NCBI GenBank assembly: GCA_022818785.1
Contig: CP063811.1
Location: 22,600 to 39,734 of the forward strand
Length of the DNA stretch: 17,135 bases
Direction: 5' to 3'
DNA from: Bacteroides sp.
GTDB lineage: Bacteria > Bacteroidota > Bacteroidia > G022818785
Shown here: positions 1-8,766 of the stretch, one piece after another
Position numbering within the stretch: position 1 is the stretch's first letter
How the letters are laid out: every line of letters begins with the position of its first letter
Position numbers and translations under genes: made by a program
The notes under the pieces: model-generated
The model's database searches: none
Seen by the model: only the letters and a program-made list of their open reading frames with translations
What the model was told of the DNA's origin: nothing

Positions 1-1
1 A

Positions 2-940
2 AAAAAAATAACAGGATGTTGTAATTTGGATACAATAAATGATGCAAGGATATTATCATATAAACACGGATTCAAACATTATGTAATTGACATAAAACAT
101 GATTTCAAAAAAAATATAGTTGATAATTTTATAAAAGAATATTTTGCTGCTAGGACACCTAATCCCTGTGTATTATGCAATACATATATCAAATGGGATA
201 TTTTATTAGAAAAGGCAAATATTTTAAATTGTGAATATATTGCTACAGGGCATTATGCAAATATTAAATCTCTTGATAAGAGATATGTTTTGTCTAAAGG
301 TATAGATCATGATAAAGATCAATCATATTTTTTATGGGGTATGTCACAAGATAAACTCAAAAGAACTAAATTTCCATTAGGACAGTATACAAAAGATAAT
401 ATTAAATCTTTAATTAAAGATCTTGGATATAAAAAAATTTATAATAAAAAAGAAAGTTATGAAATTTGTTTTATTCCAGATAATAATTATAGAAATTTTT
501 TGCACCAAAATAGTAGTATTAAAGCTAAACCAGGTAATTTCATTTTATCTAATAGATCTGTTATAGGACAACATAAAGGGTATCCATTCTATACAATTGG
601 ACAAAGAAAAAATTTAGGAATATCAGTGGGATATCCATTATATGTCATAAAAATATACGCTTCTAAAAATGAGATATTGTTGGGTCCTAAAAGTGAATTA
701 TATTCTAATCATTGTAATGTGAATAATATTAATATGGTTAAATATAATCGAATTAGTAAACCTATCAAAGCATTTATAAAAATTAGATATAGAGATAATG
801 GAAATTTAGGAACTATTAATAGTTTATCTGATAATAAAGTAAAAATTACATTTGATAATGATGTTGCATCTATATGTCCAGGTCAATCAGCTGTATTTTA
901 TGAAAATAATGATGTTATAGGTGGGGGTTTTATCGAATAA
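2..940 (+). CDS. mnmA: tRNA 2-thiouridine(34) synthase MnmA, 5'-truncated by the window edge
   Basis: The frame is open from base 2 (KKITGCCNLDTINDAR), so the TTG at 26 is internal. Motifs RTPNPCVLCN, ATGHYA, KDQSYFL, KESYEICF, YTIGQRK and PGQSAVFY. Stop TAA. Confidence 0.96.
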   Translation, partial: KKITGCCNLDTINDARILSYKHGFKHYVIDIKHDFKKNIVDNFIKEYFAARTPNPCVLCNTYIKWDILLEKANILNCEYIATGHYANIKSLDKRYVLSKGIDHDKDQSYFLWGMSQDKLKRTKFPLGQYTKDNIKSLIKDLGYKKIYNKKESYEICFIPDNNYRNFLHQNSSIKAKPGNFILSNRSVIGQHKGYPFYTIGQRKNLGISVGYPLYVIKIYASKNEILLGPKSELYSNHCNVNNINMVKYNRISKPIKAFIKIRYRDNGNLGTINSLSDNKVKITFDNDVASICPGQSAVFYENNDVIGGGFIE

Positions 941-951
941 ATAATTTTTTT

Positions 952-1914
952 ATGAAAAGGATCAATACAAATTGTCTCATTATAGGCTCTGGTCCGGCTG
1001 GATATACTGCGTCTATATATTTAGGAAGAGCACTATTATATCCTATTATTTTAACTGGTCCTCAAATTGGAGGTCAACTTACTACTACTACAATGGTAGA
1101 TAATTATCCTGGGTTTCCCAATGGGATAGAAGGAAATTTATTAATGAATAATCTAAAAAAACAATCAGATAAATTTGGTGCTAAATGTATTAATAATATT
1201 GCTAAAAATATAAATTTAGACACAAGGCCTTTTACTGTAGAATTATCTAATGGAAACATTATAAGTTCTACTAGTATAATATTAGCTATGGGATCAAGTC
1301 ATAAAACATTGAATATAAAATCTGAAGAAAAATATTTAGGTTATGGGTTATCTTTTTGTGCTACTTGCGATGGATTTTTCTTCAAAAAAAAAATTGTTGC
1401 AATAATAGGAGGAGGAGATAAAGCTTGTGAAGAAGCTATTTATTTATCTAATATATGTGTATTAGTCTATATAATAGTTAGAAACTATATAATGAAAGCT
1501 TCAAAAATTAATCAGGAAAAAGTTTTTTTAAAAAAAAATATTATTATTATTTATAATAACGAAATTATTGATATTATAGGTAATAATAATAAAATTAATT
1601 CTATATTATTATATAATAATATAGATCATGTAAAAAAAAATATTATTATTAACGGTTTATTTGTTGCAATAGGATACAAGCCTAACACTGATTTATTACA
1701 TAAATATAAAAAAATATTATTAGATGATGATGGATATATTATAACTTTAAATAAAAGTTCTAAGACTAACATTGAAGGAGTATTTTCTTGTGGTGACATA
1801 CAAGACAAAATTTATAAACAAGCTATTACATCTGCTGGAAGTGGATGTATTGCAGCAATAGATGCAGAACAATATATAAATAATTTAAAATATCATGAAA
1901 AAAAATTCAAATAA
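952..1914 (+). CDS. trxB: Thioredoxin-disulfide reductase
   Basis: [11 protein letters not shown] motif, GGQLTTTT, redox CATC in [12 protein letters not shown], and [14 protein letters not shown]. Overlaps the lipA start by 20 nt. Confidence 0.96.
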   Translation: MKRINTNCLIIGSGPAGYTASIYLGRALLYPIILTGPQIGGQLTTTTMVDNYPGFPNGIEGNLLMNNLKKQSDKFGAKCINNIAKNINLDTRPFTVELSNGNIISSTSIILAMGSSHKTLNIKSEEKYLGYGLSFCATCDGFFFKKKIVAIIGGGDKACEEAIYLSNICVLVYIIVRNYIMKASKINQEKVFLKKNIIIIYNNEIIDIIGNNNKINSILLYNNIDHVKKNIIINGLFVAIGYKPNTDLLHKYKKILLDDDGYIITLNKSSKTNIEGVFSCGDIQDKIYKQAITSAGSGCIAAIDAEQYINNLKYHEKKFK

Positions 1915-2773
1915 TTCAAATTTATTAAATGATAATTTTAAAAAGCCTAGTTGGTTAAGAGTAAAAATGCCTTCAGGAGATTCTTATTCAAGATTAAGAA
2001 GTTTAGTAGATAAATATAAACTTAATACTATATGCCAAAGTGGTAATTGTCCTAATATGGGCGAATGTTGGGGAGCTGGTACAGCAACTTTTATGATATT
2101 AGGTAATATTTGTACACGTTCATGTTCATTTTGTGCTGTTAAAACTGGTAAACCTTTATCTTTAGATTTAACAGAACCGTATAAAGTAGCTAATTCTGTT
2201 CATATTATGAAAATAAAACATTGTGTATTAACCTCTGTTAATAGAGATGATTTAAAAGATGGTGGAGCAAATATATGGGTTCAAACTATTAAATCAATAA
2301 GAAAAAAATGTAAAGATATTACATTAGAAACCCTTTTACCAGATTTTAAAGGAGATTGGAAAAATCTAAATTTAATATTAAATGAAAAACCTGAAATAGT
2401 GTCACACAATATTGAAACAGTACCTAGATTGACTAAAAAAGTACGTATTCAAGCGAAATATGAAAGAAGTTTAGAATGTTTAGAACAAATAAGTAATTCA
2501 GGTATTAAAACTAAAAGCGGTATTATGTTAGGTTTGGGAGAACATGAACATGAAGTAATATCCACTATGGATGATTTATTAAAGAAAGGAGTACGTATAT
2601 TGACAATAGGACAATATTTACAACCATCTAAAATACACCATCCAGTCGTAGATTATATCAAACCTGAACAATTTCAAAAATTAAAACAAATTGGATTATC
2701 TAAAGGATTTAAATATGTTGAAAGTGGACCTTTAGTCAGATCTTCATATCATGCAGAAAAACATCTTGTCTAA
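1895..2773 (+). CDS. lipA: Lipoyl synthase (radical SAM)
   Basis: KPSWLRVK, auxiliary-cluster CX4CX5C ([12 protein letters not shown]), radical [19 protein letters not shown]-terminal VRSSYHA. Confidence 0.97.
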   Translation: MKKNSNNSNLLNDNFKKPSWLRVKMPSGDSYSRLRSLVDKYKLNTICQSGNCPNMGECWGAGTATFMILGNICTRSCSFCAVKTGKPLSLDLTEPYKVANSVHIMKIKHCVLTSVNRDDLKDGGANIWVQTIKSIRKKCKDITLETLLPDFKGDWKNLNLILNEKPEIVSHNIETVPRLTKKVRIQAKYERSLECLEQISNSGIKTKSGIMLGLGEHEHEVISTMDDLLKKGVRILTIGQYLQPSKIHHPVVDYIKPEQFQKLKQIGLSKGFKYVESGPLVRSSYHAEKHLV

Positions 2774-4870
2774 GATTTTTTTGACAAACGGAATTTGCCA
2801 GTTTTTTGATCTATACCAATTAATTTAATCTTAATTTTTTCCCCTATAGATAATATATCATTGATATTATCAATGCGTTTTGATGATATTTCTGATATAT
2901 GCAATAAACCTTCTTTTCCTGGCATAAATTCAATAAATGCGCCAAATGACAAAATATTTTTTATAATACCGTCATATATATTTCCAATTTTTGGTAATGT
3001 AATATATGAATCGACAATATTAATAGCATTATCTAAATCATTTTTTGTTTGTGCAAAAATTTCTAATATATCTTTACCATTAACATTACTAATTTTTATT
3101 GATGTATTTGTTTGTTTTTGAATATTATTTATATTTTTACCACCAGGTCCTATAATATTGCCTATTAATTTAGGATTAATATTTTTTTGTATTATATGTG
3201 GAGCATGATTTTTATAATTTTTGTTAGATTTGCATATAATTTTATTCATTTTTTCTAAAATATGCAATATTCCATTGTATCCCTGATTAATAGATTTTTC
3301 TAAAATTTCATATGATATGGATGTTATTTTAAGATCAATTTGGATAGATGTTATTCCATTAACAGTGCCTGCTATTTTAAGATCCATATCTCCTATATGA
3401 TCCTCATCTCCTAATATATCAGATAATATAATATATTTTTTATCATTTTTAATTAACCCCATAGCTATACCAGCAACATTGTTTTTAATTTTTATACCTG
3501 AATCCATTAATGCTAAAGAAGTAGCACAAACAGTAGCCATAGAAGAAGATCCATTTGAAGATAATACCTCTGCTACTATTCTTATAGTATATGGAATTTG
3601 TTCAGAAAATAACAATGGTTTAATAGCATTTAAAGCTAAATTACCATGGCCTATTTCTCTTCTACTAGGAGCTCTAGAAGGTTTTATTTCTCCTGTTGCA
3701 AAAGCTGGAAAATTATAATGTAACATTAAATTTTCATATCCAAAAAACATAGCTCCATCTATGCATTGTTCATCATATCGAGATCCTAAAGTAATAGTTG
3801 ATAATACTTGCGTTTCACCTCTAGTAAATAATGCAGAACCATGAGTAGATGGTAATAAATTAATTTCACAAGATATATCTCTAATTTGATTATGATTTCT
3901 ACCATCTAATCTTAGATCATCTTCAATAATTAATTTTCTAATAATAGTTTTTTCTATTATAGAGTAATTTTTTTTTATCTCTAAATCATCTTTAGCAATG
4001 TTAGTATATTGACTATTTATTAAACATTTATTTAAAATTTCTGATGACCTTATATTTCTTTCTTTTTTGGATATACTATGGTTTTTGAATAAAACTACCA
4101 TTATATCATATAAATCATTATACATAATCATATAAAGATCATTATTAGTGTCAATTTTTTTGTTATAGTTTCTTTTAATAACATTTTTTTGATTTAATAA
4201 TTCATTTTGAGCATTTATATGACTTTTAATAGCATTGTGACCTGTTTTAATTGAAGATATAATATCATTTATTTTATATTCTTCCATTTTACCTTCTATC
4301 ATAATAATCTCATTTTGAGATGCAGCAACTATAATATCACATTTAGATTTATTAATATCTTCTATGCATGGATTAATAATGAATTTATCATCAATACAAC
4401 CTATTCTAACTTCTGAAATAGGTCCATCAAAAGGTATATCGCTTAATGTTAATGCACTTGAAGCAGCTAAGCAAGCAAAATTACTAGGAGAAATTGATTT
4501 ATCTCCTGATAATAATGATATATTAACTTGTATATCATAACAATAATCTTTAGGAAATCTTGGACGCAATGCTCTGTCTACTAATCTACTTATTAATATT
4601 TCGTAATTAGATAGTTTAGATTCTCTTTTTAAGAAACCACCTGGTATACGTCCAGTTGAAAAAAATTTTTCTTGATAATCAACAGATAAATTTAGAAAAT
4701 CATTTTCACGATTAATTTGATATGATGATACTACATTAGCCATTATTACCATATTATCATATTGGACAATTGCACATCCATCAGATTGAGTAGCTATCTT
4801 ACCAGAAGATATATATATATTTGCCTGTATCAGGATTATAGATTTTAGAAGTAAAATTTTGTTTAATCAT
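2770..4870 (-). CDS. pnp: Polyribonucleotide nucleotidyltransferase (PNPase). The probable start is ATG 4870, with a frameshift near 4809-4823. The 660-aa ORF from 4752 lacks about 39 N-terminal residues.
   Basis: [64 protein letters not shown] (IIGPGGKNI) and S1 ([18 protein letters not shown]). In-frame sequence upstream of 4752 reads [12 protein letters not shown], matching the PNPase IETGKLAKQADG segment. The product call is secure; the start is less so. Confidence 0.93.
4809..4820. repeat. (AT)6 dinucleotide microsatellite inside the 5' end of pnp
   Basis: The + strand reads accagaag-atatatatatat-ttgcc. It lies in the interval where the pnp frame must change. Confidence 0.85.
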
Positions 4871-4891
4871 TTTAATTTATTTTTTTAAAAA

Positions 4892-5617
4892 TTATATATT
4901 TATACCTCCACAAACAGATATAACTTGTCCATTAATATAAGAACTCCAATTTGATGCTAAAAATAATGCAGTATATGCAATATCTTCAATTTTACCATAT
5001 TTTTTAAGAGGTATTTGATTTAAAAATTTGTTGTTTTTAATAATTTTGCTAGCCATATTCGTATTAATAAATCCCGGTGCAATTACATTAGTACGTATAT
5101 TTTTAGATGCATATTCTTTAGCTATAGATTTGGAAAAACCTATTATACCTGATTTAGCAGCTGAATAATTTGATTGCCCCTTAGATCCTACAATTCCTAT
5201 AACAGAACTTATATTTATAATATTACCATTTTTATTTAAAATCATATTTTTAATTACATTTTTAGTAAGATTATATACAGATTTTAAATTAGCATTAATA
5301 ACATCATCCCAATCATTTTCTTTCATATTAAATAATAAAGAATCTCTTATTATTCCTGCATTATTAATTAATAAATCTATTTTATTAAATCTTTCTAATA
5401 CTTTAGAAACCATTTCTTTTGTTTCTTCGAAAGAAACAACATTGCATTTAAATCCTACTAAATTATTTGTTTTAATAGAATCAATATTTATTTTATTAAA
5501 TTTTCTGTATGTAAATGCTATGTACGCTCCATGTTCTAAAAATAATTTAATAATACCTTTTCCTATATCACCTGTTCCACCGGTTATTAAAACAACTTTT
5601 CTTTCTAAAAGATTCAT
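4892..5617 (-). CDS. fabG: 3-oxoacyl-ACP reductase (SDR family)
   Basis: TGGTGDIG, LINNAGIIRD, WDDVINANL, GQSNYSAAKSG (YxxxK), NVIAPGFI. ATGA overlap with the sucD stop. Confidence 0.92.
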   Translation of the reverse strand: MNLLERKVVLITGGTGDIGKGIIKLFLEHGAYIAFTYRKFNKINIDSIKTNNLVGFKCNVVSFEETKEMVSKVLERFNKIDLLINNAGIIRDSLLFNMKENDWDDVINANLKSVYNLTKNVIKNMILNKNGNIINISSVIGIVGSKGQSNYSAAKSGIIGFSKSIAKEYASKNIRTNVIAPGFINTNMASKIIKNNKFLNQIPLKKYGKIEDIAYTALFLASNWSSYINGQVISVCGGINI

Positions 5618-6492
5618 ATTTTAACGTTTCTAGCAATAGATTTTCCTATATCAACAATAGACTGTATAATGTTGATATTATAATCATTCATTATTTTCAT
5701 TTTTGATTTTGCAGTTTCTTCGGTATTATTAATTATTGCACCAGCATGTCCCATACAACGCCCTTTAGGAGCTGTTTGCCCAGCAATAAATGCAAAAATT
5801 TTTTTACTAAAATTATTATTATATGCCCATTGAGCTGCCTTAATCTCCATATCTCCACCTATTTCTCCAATTATTATAATTGATTCTGTATCAATATCAT
5901 TTTCAAATAATTTTAATAAATCTATTATAGACATTCCAATAATTGGATCTCCACCTATACCTATTGCACTTGATATACCAAAACCATTTTGAATAATTTG
6001 ATAAGCTACTTCATAAGTTAAAGTACCAGAACGAGATATAATACCTATATTTCCCCTTTTATTAAAAATACTGTTAGGCATGATGCCAATTTTAGCTTCG
6101 TTAACAGTTATTATACCTGGACAATTAGGGCCTATTAAATTCGTATTTTTATTTTTTAAATAAGATTTTATTAAAATCATATCTTTAACTGGTATACCTT
6201 CTGTTATTACAATTACTAGTTTAATAGCATAATTAATAGATTCTATTATAGAATCATATGCAAATTGGGGTGGAACAAATATTACGCTTACATCTGGTTG
6301 AACATTTTTAACAGCATCTTGAACATCATTAAAAACGGGCAATCCAATATGATGAATTCCTCCTTTATAAGGAGTTATTCCTCCAACTATATTTGATCCG
6401 TATTTAATCATTTCTTTTGAATGAAAGGTTCCTTCATTACCTGTAAAACCTTGTACAATAATTCTAGAATTTTTATTTATTAAAATACCCAT
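5614..6492 (-). CDS. sucD: Succinate--CoA ligase subunit alpha
   Basis: IVQGFTGNEGTFH, ITEGIPV, IGPNCPG, SRSGTLTYE, GIGGD, GEIGG, phospho-His motif MGHAGA. Stop TGA. Confidence 0.96.
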   Translation of the reverse strand: MGILINKNSRIIVQGFTGNEGTFHSKEMIKYGSNIVGGITPYKGGIHHIGLPVFNDVQDAVKNVQPDVSVIFVPPQFAYDSIIESINYAIKLVIVITEGIPVKDMILIKSYLKNKNTNLIGPNCPGIITVNEAKIGIMPNSIFNKRGNIGIISRSGTLTYEVAYQIIQNGFGISSAIGIGGDPIIGMSIIDLLKLFENDIDTESIIIIGEIGGDMEIKAAQWAYNNNFSKKIFAFIAGQTAPKGRCMGHAGAIINNTEETAKSKMKIMNDYNINIIQSIVDIGKSIARNVKI

Positions 6493-6664
6493 AAATTGTT
6501 TAAAATTGATATATTATATTTAATAATGAAAAAATAGTATTTCTTTAACAATATTATAATTTGCTTTTTTTTAGAATCAACATATTTAAATCAGATCTAA
6601 TTTACTAATATAATATCATTATAAAAAAATAATATATAAACGCATAATTTTTGACAAAAATATA

Positions 6665-7294
6665 ATGAATAACAATTTAAAAATCTATAAAAACACTATA
6701 ATATATTCCTTTTATTGGATAATACATGGAATATTACTTATGATAATTTTTAACTTTGATAAGTTAAAAATTTTTAATTGGATAAATAGTTATAAACATG
6801 AATTTATAACATTAGTTTTATCTTATTTAACCTATTTAGGACATGCTTATATATTTATATTTGGAATGATATTTGTGATTTATAAAAAAAAATATATTAT
6901 TCCATTAACAATATCTTGTATAATAAGTGTTTTAATAGTTTCTATTATGAAAAAATATTTATTTATACATTATATAAGACCATCAATTATTGATAATGCA
7001 ATAAACATTAATAATTACATATTCAACATTCAATATAATAGTTCTTTTCCATCTGGACATGCTATAGTAGCATTTTCATTTTGGAATATAATTAATTTTA
7101 TATTAATAGATATAAATATCTATATAACATCATATTTATTTATTTTATCTAGCCTGATATCTTATTCAAGAATTTATTTATCACATCATTTTTATATAGA
7201 TATCTATATAGGATCTATAATAGGAAGTATTATATCAATTTTTAGTTGGTATTTAAGTAGTTTAATTATTAAAAATACCCAGAGTCGGACTTGA
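6665..7294 (+). CDS. PAP2-superfamily integral membrane phosphatase (substrate unresolved: PgpB, undecaprenyl-PP or lipid A phosphatase-like)
   Basis: All three PAP2 motifs are present: K...RP (MKKYLFIHYIRP), SFPSGH and SRIYLSHHFYID, with several hydrophobic segments. The last 19 nt are antisense to the tRNA. Confidence 0.9.
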   Translation: MNNNLKIYKNTIIYSFYWIIHGILLMIIFNFDKLKIFNWINSYKHEFITLVLSYLTYLGHAYIFIFGMIFVIYKKKYIIPLTISCIISVLIVSIMKKYLFIHYIRPSIIDNAININNYIFNIQYNSSFPSGHAIVAFSFWNIINFILIDINIYITSYLFILSSLISYSRIYLSHHFYIDIYIGSIIGSIISIFSWYLSSLIIKNTQSRT

Positions 7295-7359
7295 ACCGAC
7301 ACAACATAAATGTTATTGGTGTTTGAGACCAACGCGTCTACCTATTTCGCCATCTGGGC
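7276..7359 (-). tRNA. tRNA-Leu, anticodon CAA (class II, CCA not encoded)
   Basis: Minus strand folded by hand: acceptor GCCCAGA/TCTGGGT (G1.U72), D arm GCGAAATAGGTAGACGC, anticodon stem TTGGT/ACCAA with loop CTCAAAC, variable arm AACA-TTTA-TGTT, T arm GTCGG-TTCAAGT-CCGAC, discriminator A, followed by TTTTT. Confidence 0.96.
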
Positions 7360-8427
7360 ATTAAATATTAATTTATTATTGTATAACTGTAATTCTTTTA
7401 TTAAATCAAAGAAATGACCATTTAAAATATGATTTATATTATAAAATATTAAATTAATTCTATGATCAGTTACTCTATTTTGAGGAAAATTATATGTACG
7501 TATTTTTTCAGATCTATCACCATTAAGTATCATATTTTTTCTAGCAGAAGATATTTGTAATTTTTGCTCTTTTATTTGTTTTTCATATATCCTAGCTTTT
7601 AAAACCTTTAAGGCTTTATCATAATTTTTTATTTGTGATTTTTCATCTTGACATTGTACTGTTATACCGGTTGGTATATGTACTAATCTTATTGCAGAAT
7701 ATGTTGTATTAACTGATTGTCCTCCAGGACCAGAAGAACAAAATGTATCTTTTCTAAGGTCTGAATCTTTTATTTTTACATCTATATTTTCAGGTTCTGG
7801 TAAAACTGCAATAGATGCAGCAGAAGTGTGAATTCTTCCTTGAGTATCTGTTGTAGGAACTCTCTGGACTCTATGAACTCCAGATTCAAATTTTAAATTT
7901 TGATAAACTTCATTGCCTGATATATTTACAATAATTTCTTTATATCCTCCCTGAGTTCCTTCAGTTTTATTTAATACCTCAACCTTCCATTTATTAATTT
8001 CTGCATATTTTATATATGCACGATATAAAACACCTGCAAAAAGAGCAGCTTCATCACCTCCTGTGCCAGATCTTATTTCTAAGATCACATTTTTGCTATC
8101 ATTCACATCATTAGGAATTAAATATTTATATATTGTTGCTTCTTGATTTTTTTTTAAATTATAAAGATTTTTGATTTCCTCATGTACCATATTTAATATC
8201 TCTTTATCAGATTCTATTTTAAGAATATCATTATTACTATTGATTGAATTTAATATTTCTTTGTAAGAATCGAATTCAATTAATATAGTAGAAATATACT
8301 TATGTTCCTTATTAAGATCTTTATATTTGTTAATATTATTGAAATCATGAAAATTTAATAATTCCTTTTCTATTTCTTTAATTCTTTTTTTAAAAAGAAT
8401 TTCTTTTTCTAATATTTTTTTTATCAT
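7342..8427 (-). CDS. prfA: Peptide chain release factor 1
   Basis: EIRSGTGGDEAALF, KFESGVHRVQRVPTT (RF1-type PxT), GPGGQSVN, RSEKIRTYNFPQNRVTDHRI. Its TAG stop lies inside the tRNA. Confidence 0.97.
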   Translation of the reverse strand: MIKKILEKEILFKKRIKEIEKELLNFHDFNNINKYKDLNKEHKYISTILIEFDSYKEILNSINSNNDILKIESDKEILNMVHEEIKNLYNLKKNQEATIYKYLIPNDVNDSKNVILEIRSGTGGDEAALFAGVLYRAYIKYAEINKWKVEVLNKTEGTQGGYKEIIVNISGNEVYQNLKFESGVHRVQRVPTTDTQGRIHTSAASIAVLPEPENIDVKIKDSDLRKDTFCSSGPGGQSVNTTYSAIRLVHIPTGITVQCQDEKSQIKNYDKALKVLKARIYEKQIKEQKLQISSARKNMILNGDRSEKIRTYNFPQNRVTDHRINLIFYNINHILNGHFFDLIKELQLYNNKLIFNAQMAK

Positions 8428-8441
8428 AAATTATATGATAA

Positions 8442-8762
8442 TTATAATAAATATTGATCAATTTTATTTATTAAGATATCTTCAGAAACTAATCCAATTT
8501 CCTTATCAATTACTTTATTATTTTTAATAAATAAAATTGTAGGTATACTTTGTATTGAATATCTTTCTGATAATATATCATTATTATCAACATTTACTTT
8601 GCCTAGCACAATACTATCTTTATATCTTTTATATATATTATCTATTATAGGAGATAATGCTTTGCAGGGATTGCACCATTCCGCCCAGAAATCTAATATA
8701 CATAATTTACTTGATTTCATAATAGTAGATTCAAAATTTTCGTTTGTAACTGTAATAATCAT
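8442..8762 (-). CDS. trxA: Thioredoxin
   Basis: DFWAEWCNPCK, KVNVD and cis-Pro SIPT; 106 aa; 4 nt downstream of dnaE. Confidence 0.93.
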   Translation of the reverse strand: MIITVTNENFESTIMKSSKLCILDFWAEWCNPCKALSPIIDNIYKRYKDSIVLGKVNVDNNDILSERYSIQSIPTILFIKNNKVIDKEIGLVSEDILINKIDQYLL

Positions 8763-8766
8763 AATA

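Noticed and set aside
5614-6492. sucD without an adjacent sucC
   Set aside because: sucC and sucD are often unlinked in Bacteroidota; absence from this window says nothing about loss.
6493-6664. Largest spacer (172 nt, divergent sucD/PAP2) as a possible promoter region, ncRNA or origin
   Set aside because: It probably contains promoters, but I found no exact TAnnTTTG, no DnaA-box cluster and no stable structure, so no specific feature can be supported.
6651-6666. Perfect TTGACA and TATAAT boxes just before the PAP2 gene, the former within a 7-1-7 inverted repeat (atttttg-a-caaaaat)
   Set aside because: The spacing is 4 nt rather than about 17, TATAAT overlaps the start codon, and Bacteroidota use a TTTG/TAnnTTTG consensus. 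Likely chance in AT-rich DNA.
7276-7359. tRNA as an integration site for a mobile element
   Set aside because: No integrase, no duplicated tRNA 3' end noticed, and no compositional shift nearby.
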